The notes beneath the pieces were generated by a model, which ran no database searches, was not told the DNA's origin, and worked only from the letters and a program-made list of their open reading frames with translations. A program made the translations under genes and the position numbers. A stretch of DNA of 61,249 bases, the filler included, from Nemertoderma westbladi (taxonomy: Eukaryota > Animalia > Xenacoelomorpha): assembly GCA_032718475.1 (NCBI GenBank). It is 3 parts of 3 records of this genome, joined end to end, with 100 filler letters (N's around TTAATTAATTAA, not from the genome) between each part and the next. Parts side by side here need not be neighbours in the genome. Positions count along the whole stretch, not along the records: positions 1 to 30,746 come from JAUCBJ010007255.1; 2 more parts are not named here. One strand, written 5' to 3'. Shown here piece after piece: positions 1 to 12,775 of this stretch. Each line of letters begins with the position of its first letter. Position 1 is the stretch's first letter.

Positions 1-1284
1 GTCCTCAATGACTATCATATTGACACCTCACGGATTGGTGCTCTCATATTCGACACAACATCAGTTAACTCGGGGTACAAGCAGGGTGTTGTTAAAAGAT
101 TGGAGTCAGAATTTGGTAGGGCCCTCCTTCAGCTGGCTTGCAGACACCACATATATGAGTTGATTGTGAAAGCATCAAGTGTCATTGTCTATGGAGAAAG
201 CTCTTCACCAAAGGAGGGGATGTTTGACCCGCTTATCCAACATTGGGATACCATAGACAAGTGTAACTTGGCCTTGGTAAATGTGACAAAACGGAACAGG
301 GTGCTCACTGGTCTTGTGGAGACAACTACTTCATTTCTTCATACCTGGCTGGGAAACAGCACCAAACAATCGTTGAGACACGATTACCTAGAGCTAGCTA
401 AACTAGCCCTCCTATTTTTAGGTGGAACTGTTCCTAGTGGGTGGCCAGACATCACAATAAAAGACCCAGGCGCATACCATCATGCAAGATGGATGTCCAA
501 GGCATTGTACACACTCAAGATAGCCTTGTTACGATCTGAACTCCACGATGTCTACACAACTGACGAGCTCGAATCAATCACCAGCCTAGCTGTATTCATA
601 TCAGTATTCTACACTAAAGCCTGGCTGACTTCTACCTCTGCTGCAGATGCCCCTCAGAACGACCTTGATTTAATGAAGATATTCGTCAAGACTGAGGCTA
701 GCATCTCAAAAAATCCAGAACAGTGGCCAGTGAACTTCAGCTCACTTGTCAGTGCTGCTCGCAATAAGTTGGAAAACCACTTGTGGTATTTATCTGAACG
801 CCTTGTAACTTTATCTCTCTTCAGTGACAGGGTACCGATATCTTCAAAGTCAACTATCAGGAAGGCACTTCTAAGGGTCCAGGGTGTCGAACCACAAAAT
901 AAGCTCCAAGAGATGCCAGCCTCCTATCGTTTTGAGAGTAAGTCCCTCAAGGACTTTGTTGGGCCTGATTCGTGGTCCCTGTTCCCTCTACTTGGCATTG
1001 ATCCTGGCTTTGTCAAACTACCTGTGGAGCAGTGGGTTACATGCAATTCGTATCTAGCAGGAAAAGCAGTGGTTGACAAGTTGCCAGTTGTGAACGATGC
1101 TGCAGAGCGTGCATTAGGGCTAGCCACAGATTTGAACACAGCTAAGGCTCCCAAAACTGATGTACAGCTACAGGCCCTCTACAAGGTAGTAAAAGGGGTT
1201 AGACAGAAGCTCCATGGACTCTCGACATCATCAGAAACTGTAACAAAGAAGTCATTGAGTGTTGTCGCATATGAATGGGTTTGA
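1..1284 (+). CDS. DDE transposase, hAT-like (probably hATm-type), 5' end cut off by the window edge
   Basis: The frame is open from base 1. It contains IFDTTSVNSG (catalytic D), LACRHHIYEL (CxxH), HHARWMSKALY, HLWYLSE and VVNDAAERALG (catalytic E). Confidence 0.75.
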   Translation, partial: VLNDYHIDTSRIGALIFDTTSVNSGYKQGVVKRLESEFGRALLQLACRHHIYELIVKASSVIVYGESSSPKEGMFDPLIQHWDTIDKCNLALVNVTKRNRVLTGLVETTTSFLHTWLGNSTKQSLRHDYLELAKLALLFLGGTVPSGWPDITIKDPGAYHHARWMSKALYTLKIALLRSELHDVYTTDELESITSLAVFISVFYTKAWLTSTSAADAPQNDLDLMKIFVKTEASISKNPEQWPVNFSSLVSAARNKLENHLWYLSERLVTLSLFSDRVPISSKSTIRKALLRVQGVEPQNKLQEMPASYRFESKSLKDFVGPDSWSLFPLLGIDPGFVKLPVEQWVTCNSYLAGKAVVDKLPVVNDAAERALGLATDLNTAKAPKTDVQLQALYKVVKGVRQKLHGLSTSSETVTKKSLSVVAYEWV

Positions 1285-1856
1285 TCTAACTCTTTGAAAG
1301 TCTTCACCAATTGATGAAACTCTAAGTGATTTGATTTTTAATATATGGTCTTAATAATTGGTGTTTGTTTGCTCTCAATTTGGTTTTTTGCTCTTAATAC
1401 TAAATATTAATTGTTCTTTATTTGTATTTAAATTTGATGTAATATGCTGTGCTGTATTTGAATATTGTTAATTTTTTGAATGACTTCGATCACTTTGAAA
1501 AGTGACAATAATTCCCCATAGATACATTAGATATGTGTTGGAAGTGGGTTTCTTCAATCAAAAAGTAAGCAATATGTATAGGGATCCAATCTACCTTGTT
1601 TATCATCCAATTCTGCAACTTTTGGTGACAAAGTGAACTCTGGCGGGCAACTAACACTTGATAAATTGTAATTTTAGTGGGAATTTCAATAGGCCATTTG
1701 TTGTTACCATGGTAACAGCTGTAACCACCGTTAGACATCAATATTTTTCGAAATTTTTTTCATTCTTGTGTCACTCATACTCATGCACAACTTTTGTGAC
1801 ACTTTAAGCTATTAGCCTTCAAAAATTAAAAAAGGTCCAAAATTTGGCCCAGTCTA
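1..1856 (+). mobile_element. Right part of the DNA transposon encoding the transposase
   Basis: The sequence ends ...TTTGGCCCAGTCTA at 1856, which reads TAGACTGGGCC on the minus strand, a TAG-type hAT terminus. The subterminal region holds the palindrome GTTACCATGGTAAC (1703-1716). The partner TIR lies outside the window, so this end is inferred. Confidence 0.5.
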
Positions 1857-2511
1857 CTGTTTTGGTTTGCATCTCGATTCGTTGTTATCGTCATCATCCT
1901 GAGTAGTATTCAATTGTTCTTTTTCAGTATTTACATCGACTCCTTTTATTACCTGGTTGTATTTGTCACGTAATCTAGTTGCAAAGTCATTGAAGTCCAA
2001 ATGTGCCAAAAGAACAAGGAACCTTTCTTAGGATACAGCCCACTTTGAAAAGCTCCTCAATAATGACAGGGTATTGCCTGATAACTTTATAGAAGTAAAA
2101 GTGTCTGAGTCTGTACTCCCAGATATTCCCATTGGCGATATCTCCTTTGCAGAAGTGAAGGCTGCTGCAAAGAGCATTAAGACCAATCGTGTCAGTGGAG
2201 TAGATGGTGTTCCCCCTGAGGTCTTTAAAATACCTGAGTGTTTATAGCTCATCTATCCCATCATAGTAGAGATGTACCGAACAACAAGAGTCCCACAAGA
2301 AATGAAAACAAATAAGTTGGTGCCAGTTCCCAAGAAGGGCAACCTAACACTCTATGGTTCTTTTCGGGGAATCTCATTGATCTCGATTGCTGCAAAGCTA
2401 TAGAATAGGATTCTATTAAATCGCATCAGGGATCCCATTGAGAGACTGCTCCGTGGAAATCAGAATGGGTTCCGTAAAGGTCGTGGGACCATGGAGCCCA
2501 TTTTGGCACTT

Positions 2512-5090
2512 TATAGAATTATATTCCCTAAATGCCGTGGATTTTCAAAATTTTATTTTATTCGGTAAAGACTTATAGTTAGTAAGATTTATATTTAGTA
2601 AGAATTTATATTTTATATTTACGTGATTATTTCGAACTTATGCAATTTATATTGTTCCGAATATTATGCAATTTATATTTTATAAGCAGTATTTGTATTT
2701 ACAGTGTAAAAGAGAAAGTTTTATAGACAGAAAATTTTGTGCTCAGAAAGACTCATATTTGTAATTATTCCAAACTTATGCAATCTACATTTAGGTACGA
2801 AAGTATTTGTAATTACTTGAATTTATGCAGTATTTGAGATACAATAGTAGATGGAAGACTCGCGAGCCTTTCTTATTGTTTTCATTTATTTGTATTTGTA
2901 ATTGTTTGAATTTATGCAATATTTGAGATGCAATAGATTTATATTGGTGAATTTAATTTAGATTTATATTGTACTTACTTAGTAAAGCCTTAAATACGTA
3001 AAGTTTGAATTTGTAATTATTTTTGTATCGAATCATTACGTAGAAAGGAAGTATTGTTTGAAACTTAATTGTAAATATGTAAGTACGCCCTAAGTATTCT
3101 ATAGTTTGATTGATTATTGGTGAAAACCGTATATTTTATGCACGATAATATCCTGTTTTCATGGAGCGGTATAGAATTATATTCCCTAAATGCCGTGGAT
3201 TTTCAAAATTTTATTTTATTCGAATTAACTTTGTAAAGATTGCTTTGAGTTCTCATTAGTATTGGTTCTATCTATTATGCATCTATCGGTCAAGTGGTTC
3301 AGTAGCTCAGTTGGTAGAGCGTTGGAAATTATATGTGTAGTAGGTATCGAGTTCGAATCCTAGTAAGTGCGAATTATTTTTTGTGCAGAATTTCAACTCA
3401 TTTAAATTAACCGCTACAAATTAATTGCATTTGTCTGTACCAATAAGGCTGTAGTTATTTGATTGTAACCAATGTCGTGCAAGTTATATATTAGCTGGAC
3501 CAATAAGCTATCTTTAAAACCTTGTTAGAACCCATAGAACAATCGAGAATTTTCTCGATTGATTGCAGCACAAATTTAGTATATAAAGGTGCGATTTCGT
3601 TCATTAGTTATCTATCATTCAATCTAATCTACCTTAACTTTCTGTCTTATTTCAGATTACATTGTTTATTGTATAATAGTTATTATATCTTTTGTAATAA
3701 AAGTCAGAAATACCAGTCACATCTCAGCCCTTTTCTATCTGTTTTACTATGGTTTCACTACGGTGAACAAACTCAGGGACAGGATGGCCGGCTAGAGATC
3801 GGGCCGCAGCAATGAACGGGAACATCACGGGAATGTAGACGAGAGACAACCCGCAATACCATCTAGTTATTCGCCCATCGCCTGAAAGGTTAGACAGCGT
3901 TCGATCCTTGCTACCTAAGTGTAAGACCAAAAGATCAAAGGTAGACGTAGTGACACGCTGCAAGCCTAAAATTACATCATAGGGACTGTACTGTCTTGAT
4001 TCAGGGAAAACCGCAGTAGACCTTCATATTCCTACGGGGGGAGAGGGAGAGAGAGCAGATACTAGTACGCAGATAGGACGTAGGCACACCGGTACAAGGC
4101 ATACACATTGGTTAGGGTGCAGCAAACTGTACGCTTAACTCTTGCTAAGTACAGGTGTGTGTGCGACTATTTGCAGTACGACCGTGTCTATTACATCAGA
4201 ACTTGTAGGCTAGGGGGGTTGCTGTGTTTTCACCTGAATTGGGATTGTACCGTTCAGGCGGTAGGGCAGTTTACGCTAGGCGCAAATAAATTGAGGCTAT
4301 CAGGGATATACTAACATCTACCGTGTCCCCGCCAACGCCCTAATAGGAAGTTACCCGGACTACCTGGGTGACTAAAATTCTAGATAGGAGCCAGGATAGC
4401 TATTAGTACCCGTACGCCTACAGTAGTAAACTAACACATCTCTTCTTAGTATCAGGGACCTGGTACCTAAAATTGCCGAATTCTGGGCGTAGTATTAACC
4501 TTATGCCTGAATTTGAGTCCTGGAAATACGCAAGAGGGGAAGGAACCTTATCATTCGTGAGTATTGGACCTACAAGTTATAAAATTAGAATATTCGTAAA
4601 ATGCACACCGTACCCAGTAATTATATATGTGAAGGAGCAAAACTGCTTTGACCGTTCAGAATTAACACACGCGCGTTAAAATTTATTTACACCTCGAAAT
4701 ATATAAAATTAACTTTCGTCCTTACTGCACTTTGCTCGCTAGTTAGCCATCTCCAAATCTGCTCTACACCTAGCTAGCGTCCCTTTGCCCAACCATATAA
4801 ATCACACCGCGGCAAAGTATACGAGCCTCTTAGTCCGTCAGTGAGTCAGCCTGATTTTAGGATTCGCTGCGCGGGATTTTGTTTTATCGAAGTTTGTCTG
4901 CTCGTAGACTGTTTTCTGCCTCACCGGTTAAAAGAGATCGATACTGCAATATATTCGCTTACTTGGGGTTTACTGTTTTGGTGAGAAGGTCGGATTTATG
5001 ATTTGATTTACAAACTTTACAGTAGGATATTGCAGGTATTGTTACCGTCTCTTCCGATAGTAGGAATAGGCGTATCTCTCCAATTTTACA
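2512..5090 (+). mobile_element. Non-coding insertion; best read as an internally deleted LTR retrotransposon with a ~1.9-kb 3' LTR (3170-5090)
   Basis: It splits the LINE exactly at GGCACTT|AGAAGG, with CTT or CACTT duplicated. A 53-bp direct repeat occurs at 2512-2564 and 3170-3222, and the second copy follows purine-rich ATGGAGCGG. The termini TATAGAATT...AATTTTACA are an imperfect inverted repeat. CCAAT, TATA and AATAAA motifs lie inside. Confidence 0.6.
3296..3382 (+). ncRNA. tRNA-derived Pol III promoter-like cassette (not a canonical tRNA)
   Basis: A-box TAGCTCAGTTGG(TAGAGC), B-box GAGTTCGAATCC (3349-3360) and a T6 run at 3377-3382. The anticodon and acceptor arms do not pair well. Confidence 0.6.
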
Positions 5091-6313
5091 CTTAGAAGGA
5101 TTATTGAAGAGTTATCAAAAAAGAAAGACAGGCATCTATCTGGCTGTTATCTTTGTTGACTTCTTCAAGGCCTGATTCAGTCTCTCGCTCACGTATGTTC
5201 AGCATACTTTCATTATATGGGATTCCTGATGAAATTATTGCAGCAATCAGATCAGTATACGATGGTTCGACAACATTTGTGTCTACTGTTGACGGTGACA
5301 CAGAACCATTTGAAGTGTTATGGGGCGTCCTCCAAGGAGACACACTTGCACCATTCTTGTTCATTATTGTGGTTGACTATGTTCTACGCATGTCCTTAGA
5401 TCATTATAATGATGATGGGGTGATGATAAGTCCACCTACTGGCTCCAGAAGTCGAGGAAATCCTGCCAAGTACCTAACTGATCTAGACTTTGCTGATGAC
5501 TTAGGAGTACTCTCAGAATCATTAGAGGGAGCCCAACGGCTCCTCAGCTCATTAGAACATGCTGCTTCTAGTGTTGGTCTTTTTATTAACTCCAGAAAGA
5601 CCAAAATTCTGACAGTTAACTTTGAAAGTCCTCAGCAAGTCTCTGATCGGGTGAGCATAAGCTCAAAGGATGGTATGCTTGAGCATGTGGACGACTTCTG
5701 TTACCTGGGATCATGGATCCGGAAGTCAGATGAGGACCTTCGAATACGTAAGGGAAAGGCATGGGCAGCCTTGAATAGGCTTTCCAGGATTTGGAAGTCA
5801 CCGAGAATTAATCGGAAACTTAAGGTCCGATTATTTAGAGCAGCAGTAGTTCCAGTACTCCTCTACGGGAGTCCATGCTGGGCTCTAACTGCTGAGGACA
5901 CCAAATCTCTGGATGGCACATTCACAAGAATGCTACGCCGGATTCATTGTTTCAAGTAAAATGCACACATCTCCAACCAGACACTATATAACATTGGAGG
6001 TGTCTCATTGGTTCCCCTAAGCTTGACACTAGAACAAAATCGCCTCCGCTTTGCAGGACATTGCTTTCGCCGTGAGGACCAGCCAGTGCATAATCTTGTA
6101 CTTTGGCAGCCTCATGGAGTGAATAAGCATGGTGGACAGCCCATGACTTTCTTGAGACGCATCTCAAAGGACACTGGCCTTAAAGATGCGGATGATCTAG
6201 CAAATGTCATGGGTGATAGGGAGTTGTGGCGGTGCAATTTTGTTGACAAGCTGGCACAGCATTCTTAAAAATGCAGCTGCAATGCAGCATGCCGATCCTA
6301 GTAGTAGTAGTAG

Positions 6314-6491
6314 TAGGATACAGGATAAGGGCTCAAAACGCTTTGTTCTAACCAGTAAGGATAATTACGTAAGTGCAGTTGAAGATTACCTAGGTGACAC
6401 TAATATTTTCATTAAACATAGTAATGATCCTACAGGTAAATACAAGAATAAAATAAAAGAATTTGTTAATAAATGGATGAATTTATATTGA
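6314..6491 (+). pseudogene. Penelope-like RT N-terminal fragment (host of LINE A1; continues from ~2000-2038)
   Basis: Removing the LINE and one TSD copy gives in-frame ...GTFLRIQDKGSKRFVLTSKDNYVSAVEDYLGDTNIFIKHSNDPT. This matches the PLE DKG...Y...DPT motif. Confidence 0.65.
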
Positions 6492-8011
6492 GTTATTAGA
6501 ATACTACATCATGTTTGTTGTTTTACCATTTCCATGACAACCGGTGATAACACCAAGTCAGCTACCGATTCAGTCTTTCCAAAAATATCAGTTCCGGGTG
6601 GTTACCAAAAAGTATCCCCTATGCTGGCTGGCCCAGGACTATAATCTAAAAAAGCACAATTATCAAATCTAAACCAAACCAAATTAAGTAAGTCGCTTGA
6701 TTTGAGCACTGTCAAGTAGAAGCATATATAGTTTATCTTCTACAATACATCATTTACAGTAAATTTGTAGAATTTCATTAACACAATTGATTTCATTGAC
6801 ATGATTTTCAATTGTGTTTGACAGATAGGCGCAAATTTCCAACATCTGGTTTTACCACCTGGTCCTTTCTGTCCAACAGAAGAAGCTGCTGCTAACTAAC
6901 GCAGCTTGTTTTTCAATAGACCAGATAGATGTCCAGAATTCCAGTAATTATTGAAGTTGGCCAAGTAACTTAACATAGGCAATGGTATGGTAGCATACTG
7001 TGTATTTTAATAAGGGCTATATTTAAATTAACTATATGCCAGCTGATTTGATGGATGCAACAATCATTCAACTAGTAGAACTAATAGAATCAATAGAACC
7101 AATAGAACTTACCAATAAAGATGACTGTTGTTGCATAGCAATTTTCAGTAAACTTATTGAAAAGTTATTCTAGAAGGGTGTAAACGTTGTACAGTGTCGG
7201 CATAACATTGTGCCTACAGATGCCGACAGTGACGGCATTATGTTGTGCCGACTGTGTCAGTGATACATTGTGTCAACTGTATTGGCCTTATGTTGTGCCA
7301 ACAGTGTCGTTGTTAGTGCCAATGCCTACAGTGCTGTTGTTATGTTGCGCCGACAATGTCTACACTTTCAAAATATTCATTTCTCATTTCATTTTCAAAA
7401 TTTTACAACATTTTCTAAAATTTATGACAAATAATAATAATAATTCCAAGAGCCGCATTGATTAATAGTATAGACAAATATATCTTCTGGTAAGTACGTA
7501 AGTAACAATTTGAGTATGATGTTGAGTTTCTGAGTTGAAAATGGTCCCTTCCCTGACATGCAAGTACATGTACGTACATACGGTACATGTATAAACGTGT
7601 ATAAATAAACGGTAAAGATAAATAAGTAGAATAAAAGAAGCTCACAAATAGTTCAATGATACTATTAGACCACACCAAAATTCGATGTTTGTCTATTTGT
7701 CTGTTGTCGAACGTTTTCTAGTATCCCTTAAAATAAAAACATCATTTAGTGAGAAATTAGGAAATTTAATTTTTATGCATGTAATATTTAGGTGAAAAGT
7801 GACTAATTGCTTATTAATTGTGAGTGTTATCTCACTCGAACCTGTGCTGGAAAAAGCATTTCCACAGCAATAATGAAAATACTCCTCTATAAAAGGCCCC
7901 CTTTAAACCTATCTGGAAGTCTATTATTCATCTATCATTTAGAAATATTTTTAATTCATCTGTAAATAGGAAACAGTTATGTTTTAAAACATGAGATTTC
8001 TTTTTCATGCT

Positions 8012-10881
8012 GTCTCCTTTCTTGGGGAGAGGGTTTTGTTGAACTTTAGTCCAAATTGGTGGTGGCTTTTTCCCTTTTAACATCCAGTTGCAAACATTTA
8101 ATAATGGTCTGTTGAGCACTCCAGTTTTCCATACCTCCGCGCCGCTGGGATTTCATCTAATCCACTCGCTTTATTATTGGACATGCTTTTAATGCTTCTT
8201 CAGGTGTGAAGTCCCCTGTTTCTATAGGTAGTGTCTTGTCATATATTTTCCTTGTAGGGCTGACCTCGATGTTTGGTGGCTGCCCAAGCAAGTTGCTGAA
8301 GTGATTTTTCAACTTCCCAACACATTCTTCAGGACTATCGGCTTTGAGGCACCCCTTTGCACAACCTTTCCAACCAGATACCTCATTTACAGTTTGCCTA
8401 CTACTACTACTAGGATCGGCATGCTGCATTGCAGCTGCATTTTTAAGAATGCTGTGCCGGCTTATCGACAAAATTGCACCGCCACAACTCCCTATCACCC
8501 ATGACATTTGCTAGATCATCCGCATCTTCAAGGCCAGTGTCCTTTAAGATGCGTCTCAAGAAAGTCATGGGCTGTCCACCATGCTTATTCACTCCATGAG
8601 GCTGCCAAAGTACAAGATTATGCACTGGCTGGTCCTCACGGCGAAAGCCCTGTCCTGAAAGAAATGTCCTGCAAAGCGGAGGCGATTTTGTTCTAGTGTC
8701 AAGCTTGGGGGAACCAATGAGACACCTCCAATGTTATATAGTGTCTGGTTGGAGATGTGTGCATTGTACTTGACGCAATGAACCCGGCGTAGCATTCTTG
8801 TGAATGTGACATCCAGAGATTTGGTGTCCTCAGCAGTTAGAGCCCAGCATGGACTCCCATAGAGGAGTACTGGAACTACTGCTGCTCTAAATAATCGGAC
8901 CTTAAGTTTCCGATTAATTCGTAACTCTCGGTGACTTCCAAATCCTGGAAAGCCTATTCAAGGCTGCCCATGCCTTTCCCTTACGTATTCGAAGTCCTCA
9001 CCTGACTTCCGGATCCATGATCCCAGGTAACAGAAGTCATCCACATGCTCAAGCATACCATCTTTTGAGCTTATGCTCATCCGATCAGAGACTTGCTGAG
9101 GACTTTCAAAGTTAACTGTCAAAATTTTGGTCTTTCTGGAGTTAATAAAAAGACCAACACTAGAAGCAGCATGTTCTAATGAGCTGAGGAGCCGTTGGGC
9201 TCCCTCTAGTGATTCTGAGAGTACTCCTAAGTCATCAGCAAAGTCTAGATCAGTTAGGTACTTGGCAGGATTTCCTCGACTTCTGGAGCCAGTAGGTGGA
9301 GTTATCATCACCCTATCATCATTATGATGATCTAAAGACATGCGTAGAACATAGTCAACAACAATTATGAACAAGAATGGTGCAAGTGTGTCTCCCTGGA
9401 GGACGCCCCATAACACTTCAAATGGTTCTGTGTCACCGTCAACAGTAGACACAAATGTTGTCGAACCATCGTATACTGATCTGATTGCTGCAATAATTTC
9501 ATCAGGAATCCCATATAATGAAAGTATGCTGAACATACGTGAGCGAGAGACTGAATCAAAGGCCTTGAAGAAGTCAACAAAGATAACAGCCAGATGCCTG
9601 TCTTTCTTTTTTGATAACTCCTCAATTATCCTTCTAAGTGCCAAAATGGGCTCCATGGTCCCATGACCTTTACGGAACCCATTCTGATTTCCACGGAGCA
9701 GTCTCTCAATGGGATCCCTGATGCGATTTAATAGAATTCTATTGTATAGCTTTGCAGCAATCGAGATCAATGAGATGAGAATGAGAAACAACCAGGTAAG
9801 TCTTGATTGTTGCTGTATGTGAGCAGTTGTAAATTGCTTCAATTTTACCCTGTATGTACTTTTCCTGGCTGATGTTGTAGGCCAATTTAAGATCATCCTT
9901 AGCTTTCTCAACCTTGTTAATGTTTTCAGTTATTGGTTGTTCGGTTTTAACTTTGTAGGCTATCTTAAGATCTTCTCTCTTACAAGTACCTCAGAGTTTT
10001 GCCATGGCACATACTGTTTCCGTTTGGGTTTCTGAGGGATATGCCTCTTAGCTGATTCCTAGTGGGCTGTTATTATATTCTGGTATATTGAATCGGTGGA
10101 CTGGTCTTCATCCATTGACCATGAAGTGCTTCAAAGCGGTTTTGAACTTCTGTGTAAGCATCCTTTACAGCATTGTCAGTTCTGAGTTTCTCTCATTTAT
10201 AGTTGATTTGCTTGCTTGTCCTGGGTTTGCTGGCTCTCAAGCTGAGTCTGATCTCTGCAGTCACAATTCTGTGGTCCGAACCAATTAGGCTGAACGAGCT
10301 GTATGCCTCGCAGTTGATCATGCTGTTTCTCCACTTTTTGTTTATAAGGATGTAATCCAGTTGTGCTTTGGTTCCATTAGGGTATTGAAAGGTCAATAGT
10401 TTCCCCTTACTCTTTTCGAATGTGTTGTTTGTTGGTATCAATTCACATTCTTCCATTAGGTCTAAAAGTAAGTACCCATTTCTGTTAGAACTGGTGTTAT
10501 AGGTGTAACCCTTGATGCCTTCTGGACCAATTTTCGCATTCAGGTCACCAGCAATGACTTTAACATTGTGTTTCGGAATGTCCTTTATAAGTCCAGTCAG
10601 ATCTTCATAAAACTTCACTGCTTGTTCTGGCTCTGAGGCATTAGTTGGAATGAGCAACATATAACTGTTGCCTTGGGATTCCCATCAAATGTTGCGATCA
10701 TAACCCTGGAATTTATAGATTCGATGTTGTTTAGGGTCTTAAGTGCAAATGGGCTTAGCAGAATTCCTACTCCACCAATTGATGCATTGGCTGAGCTTGT
10801 TACGAACGTACATCCATTTCCAATGTCATTGTACTTCATTGCAGTGTCTTCATGACAAATCCGATGTTCTCGGATGCAGAT
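8012..10881 (-). mobile_element. RTE-like LINE, family B copy 1 (APE endonuclease plus RT N-terminus), interrupted by family A copy 2
   Basis: APE motifs GVGILLS, IAGDLNA, AQLDYILI and GSDHRIV are present, as are GLDEIP and PLPKKGD. It is very similar to 14813-21548 in the opposite orientation and is frameshifted. Confidence 0.85.
8398..9793 (-). mobile_element. RTE-like LINE, family A copy 2 (5'-truncated)
   Basis: It is nearly identical to copy A1 (DLDFADD, same 3' UTR) and has a (CTA)n tail at 8398-8412. It is inserted in family B at TTTGCC|ATGTAAGTC. Confidence 0.9.
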
Positions 10882-11586
10882 TGTTGGTGCTAGAGAGATT
10901 CTAGTGCCCTACGTGGGTTTTTTTGGTGGATTCGCAGGCACATTACCACACTGTTACACACAGACACGCGCTCACACAAAGCAAAGGGCCGAAGGGTCTT
11001 AACATCGACGACGATTAGGCTTAACTGATCTGTATAGGCCTAATGCAGACGGACAACACAACTGCAATAAGGTTACTTGGGGAAGACACTCATACTCAGT
11101 GCGTTGAATGCTGGAGTTCAGGCCAGTCAATGGCAGTAACCAGCTGGCAAATATGATACCGACCTGATGTATTGCGGTGCTGCAGTGACTTTCTCCAGTC
11201 AGCCAGTAGCGGCAGTCTGCTACTCTAGTACTCTGTAATCTAACTGAGGGATAACATCGAGGAAAACCCTACTTCTGATGGTTGAACCAGTTCAGCAGTT
11301 AGTTTATTGTATAATAATAATCAAAGCAATAATAATAACAATATCAAACAGAATAGCAGAATAACAGAAACGTGAGTGCGAATGAGAGCTGGTGTGTAAA
11401 TGTGAAAAAAAAAAAGAAAAAGAAAAAAGAAGTGCTGAAAAGTATGGCCAATTGGCAACCCAACGTGGGGTATGTAAAATAATACCGAGTCTGATAATTA
11501 TGATTTAAATTACACTATATATACATTCGGTAAAAAGCAGTATTGCTATACCTCGCTTAGGTGGCGTAATATAAAGGAAATTAACA
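10882..11586 (-). mobile_element. Possible solo LTR
   Basis: It has TGTT...AACA termini and abuts the broken end of LINE B1. AATAAA is present on the minus strand. No TSD was found. Confidence 0.3.
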
Positions 11587-11974
11587 AGGCCAATGTAAAC
11601 AAATTTGGTATACAGTATAAGGGATACGGGCATTTATACTGCACCCAGTTGTTATTTAGGCTATAATGCACTTGGACTAATAAATATTTCCCTAAATAAT
11701 AACCCAAGAAAAAATGCACATTCTATATGTTTGTTCAATCATCATAATGTATATATATATAAAAAATAGAGACACAGTCATGACATACATCAGTTAGAAG
11801 AAAAAATATAAACTATACATTTCCAAAAAATATGTGGTATATAACTAATACAAATCTACTAACTATCAACTTCTCAATTCACTAACAATTTTATGTATAG
11901 TACTTATACTTTGCATCGATTTATAGATAACAAGATAAGAGTTCAAATTATCTTTACAGACGTACACGTATACT

Positions 11975-12102
11975 AATATCGTACATAATAAGATCGTACA
12001 TAATAAGATCGTACATAATAAGAATGTACATAATAAGATCAAACATAATAACATAATCGAAACATAATAACATCAACATCAAACATAATCGTACATAATA
12101 TG
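11975..12102. repeat. 15-bp degenerate tandem repeat (TCGTACATAATAAGA)
   Basis: Seen directly; it produces the spurious LLCTI ORF. Confidence 0.85.
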
Positions 12103-12396
12103 CCAGACACTACCAGCACAGCAATATCAATTTAGTAAACTTTTTAGGAGATTCAACCAGGGTGATTCCTACTGAAGCCCTTTTGTTTACTGCTAATGAA
12201 GTTAATTCAATTTTCGGGCAATCGTTACTTGGTTACTTGAAATACGTATAACATCTGTTCTTAATTGCGATTTAAATTAATCTCCTAAACATTTCTTAAT
12301 CAATTATTATGCATTAAAATAAATCAGCACATTACCAATAATCAATATAGAGATAGATAGCTGGGGGTATTCCAAAAAATGAAAAATTATATCCAC

Positions 12397-12775
12397 GGAC
12401 GTCCCATACGTATAGAGGGAACAACCAGACGTCGCGTGGGAACAACCAGATATCCCATACGTATCGAGGGAACAACCAGGCATCACGAATGTGGCGAGGG
12501 AACAACCAGACATCCCATGGGGACAACCAGACGTCGCATGGGAACAACTAGACATCCCGTATGTATCGAGGGAACAACCAGACGTCCCGTGGGAACAACT
12601 GGACATCCCGTACGTATCGAGGGGACAACCAGACGTCGCGTGGGAGCAACTAGACATCCTGTACGTTTCGAGGGAACAACCAGACATCCCGTGGGAACAA
12701 CTAGACATTCCATCCCGTATGTGTCGCGGGAACAACAAGACATCACGAATATGGCGAGAAAACAACCAGACGTCC
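12397..12775. repeat. Minisatellite of alternating ~21/29-bp units (GGGAACAACCAGACGTCCCGT core)
   Basis: Seen directly; it yields repetitive ORFs in several frames. Confidence 0.85.

Larger units (their letters stand above)
2039..6313 (+). mobile_element. RTE-like LINE, family A copy 1 (5'-truncated, disrupted, interrupted at 2512-5090)
   Basis: RT motifs PVPKKG, NQNGFRKG, GVLQGDTLAPFLF, DLDFADD, FCYLGS and RLRFAGHCFR are present. There is a (TAG)n tail at ~6299-6316 and a 10-bp TSD TAGGATACAG at 2029-2038 and 6314-6323. In-frame stops and frameshifts are present. Confidence 0.9.

Noticed and set aside
3296-3370. Functional tRNA gene
   Set aside because: The D-arm and T-loop are tRNA-like, but the anticodon and acceptor stems do not form.
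6314-7200. Penelope-associated hammerhead ribozyme
   Set aside because: I found no CTGANGA...GAAA core with pairing stems by eye. A covariance-model search was not run.
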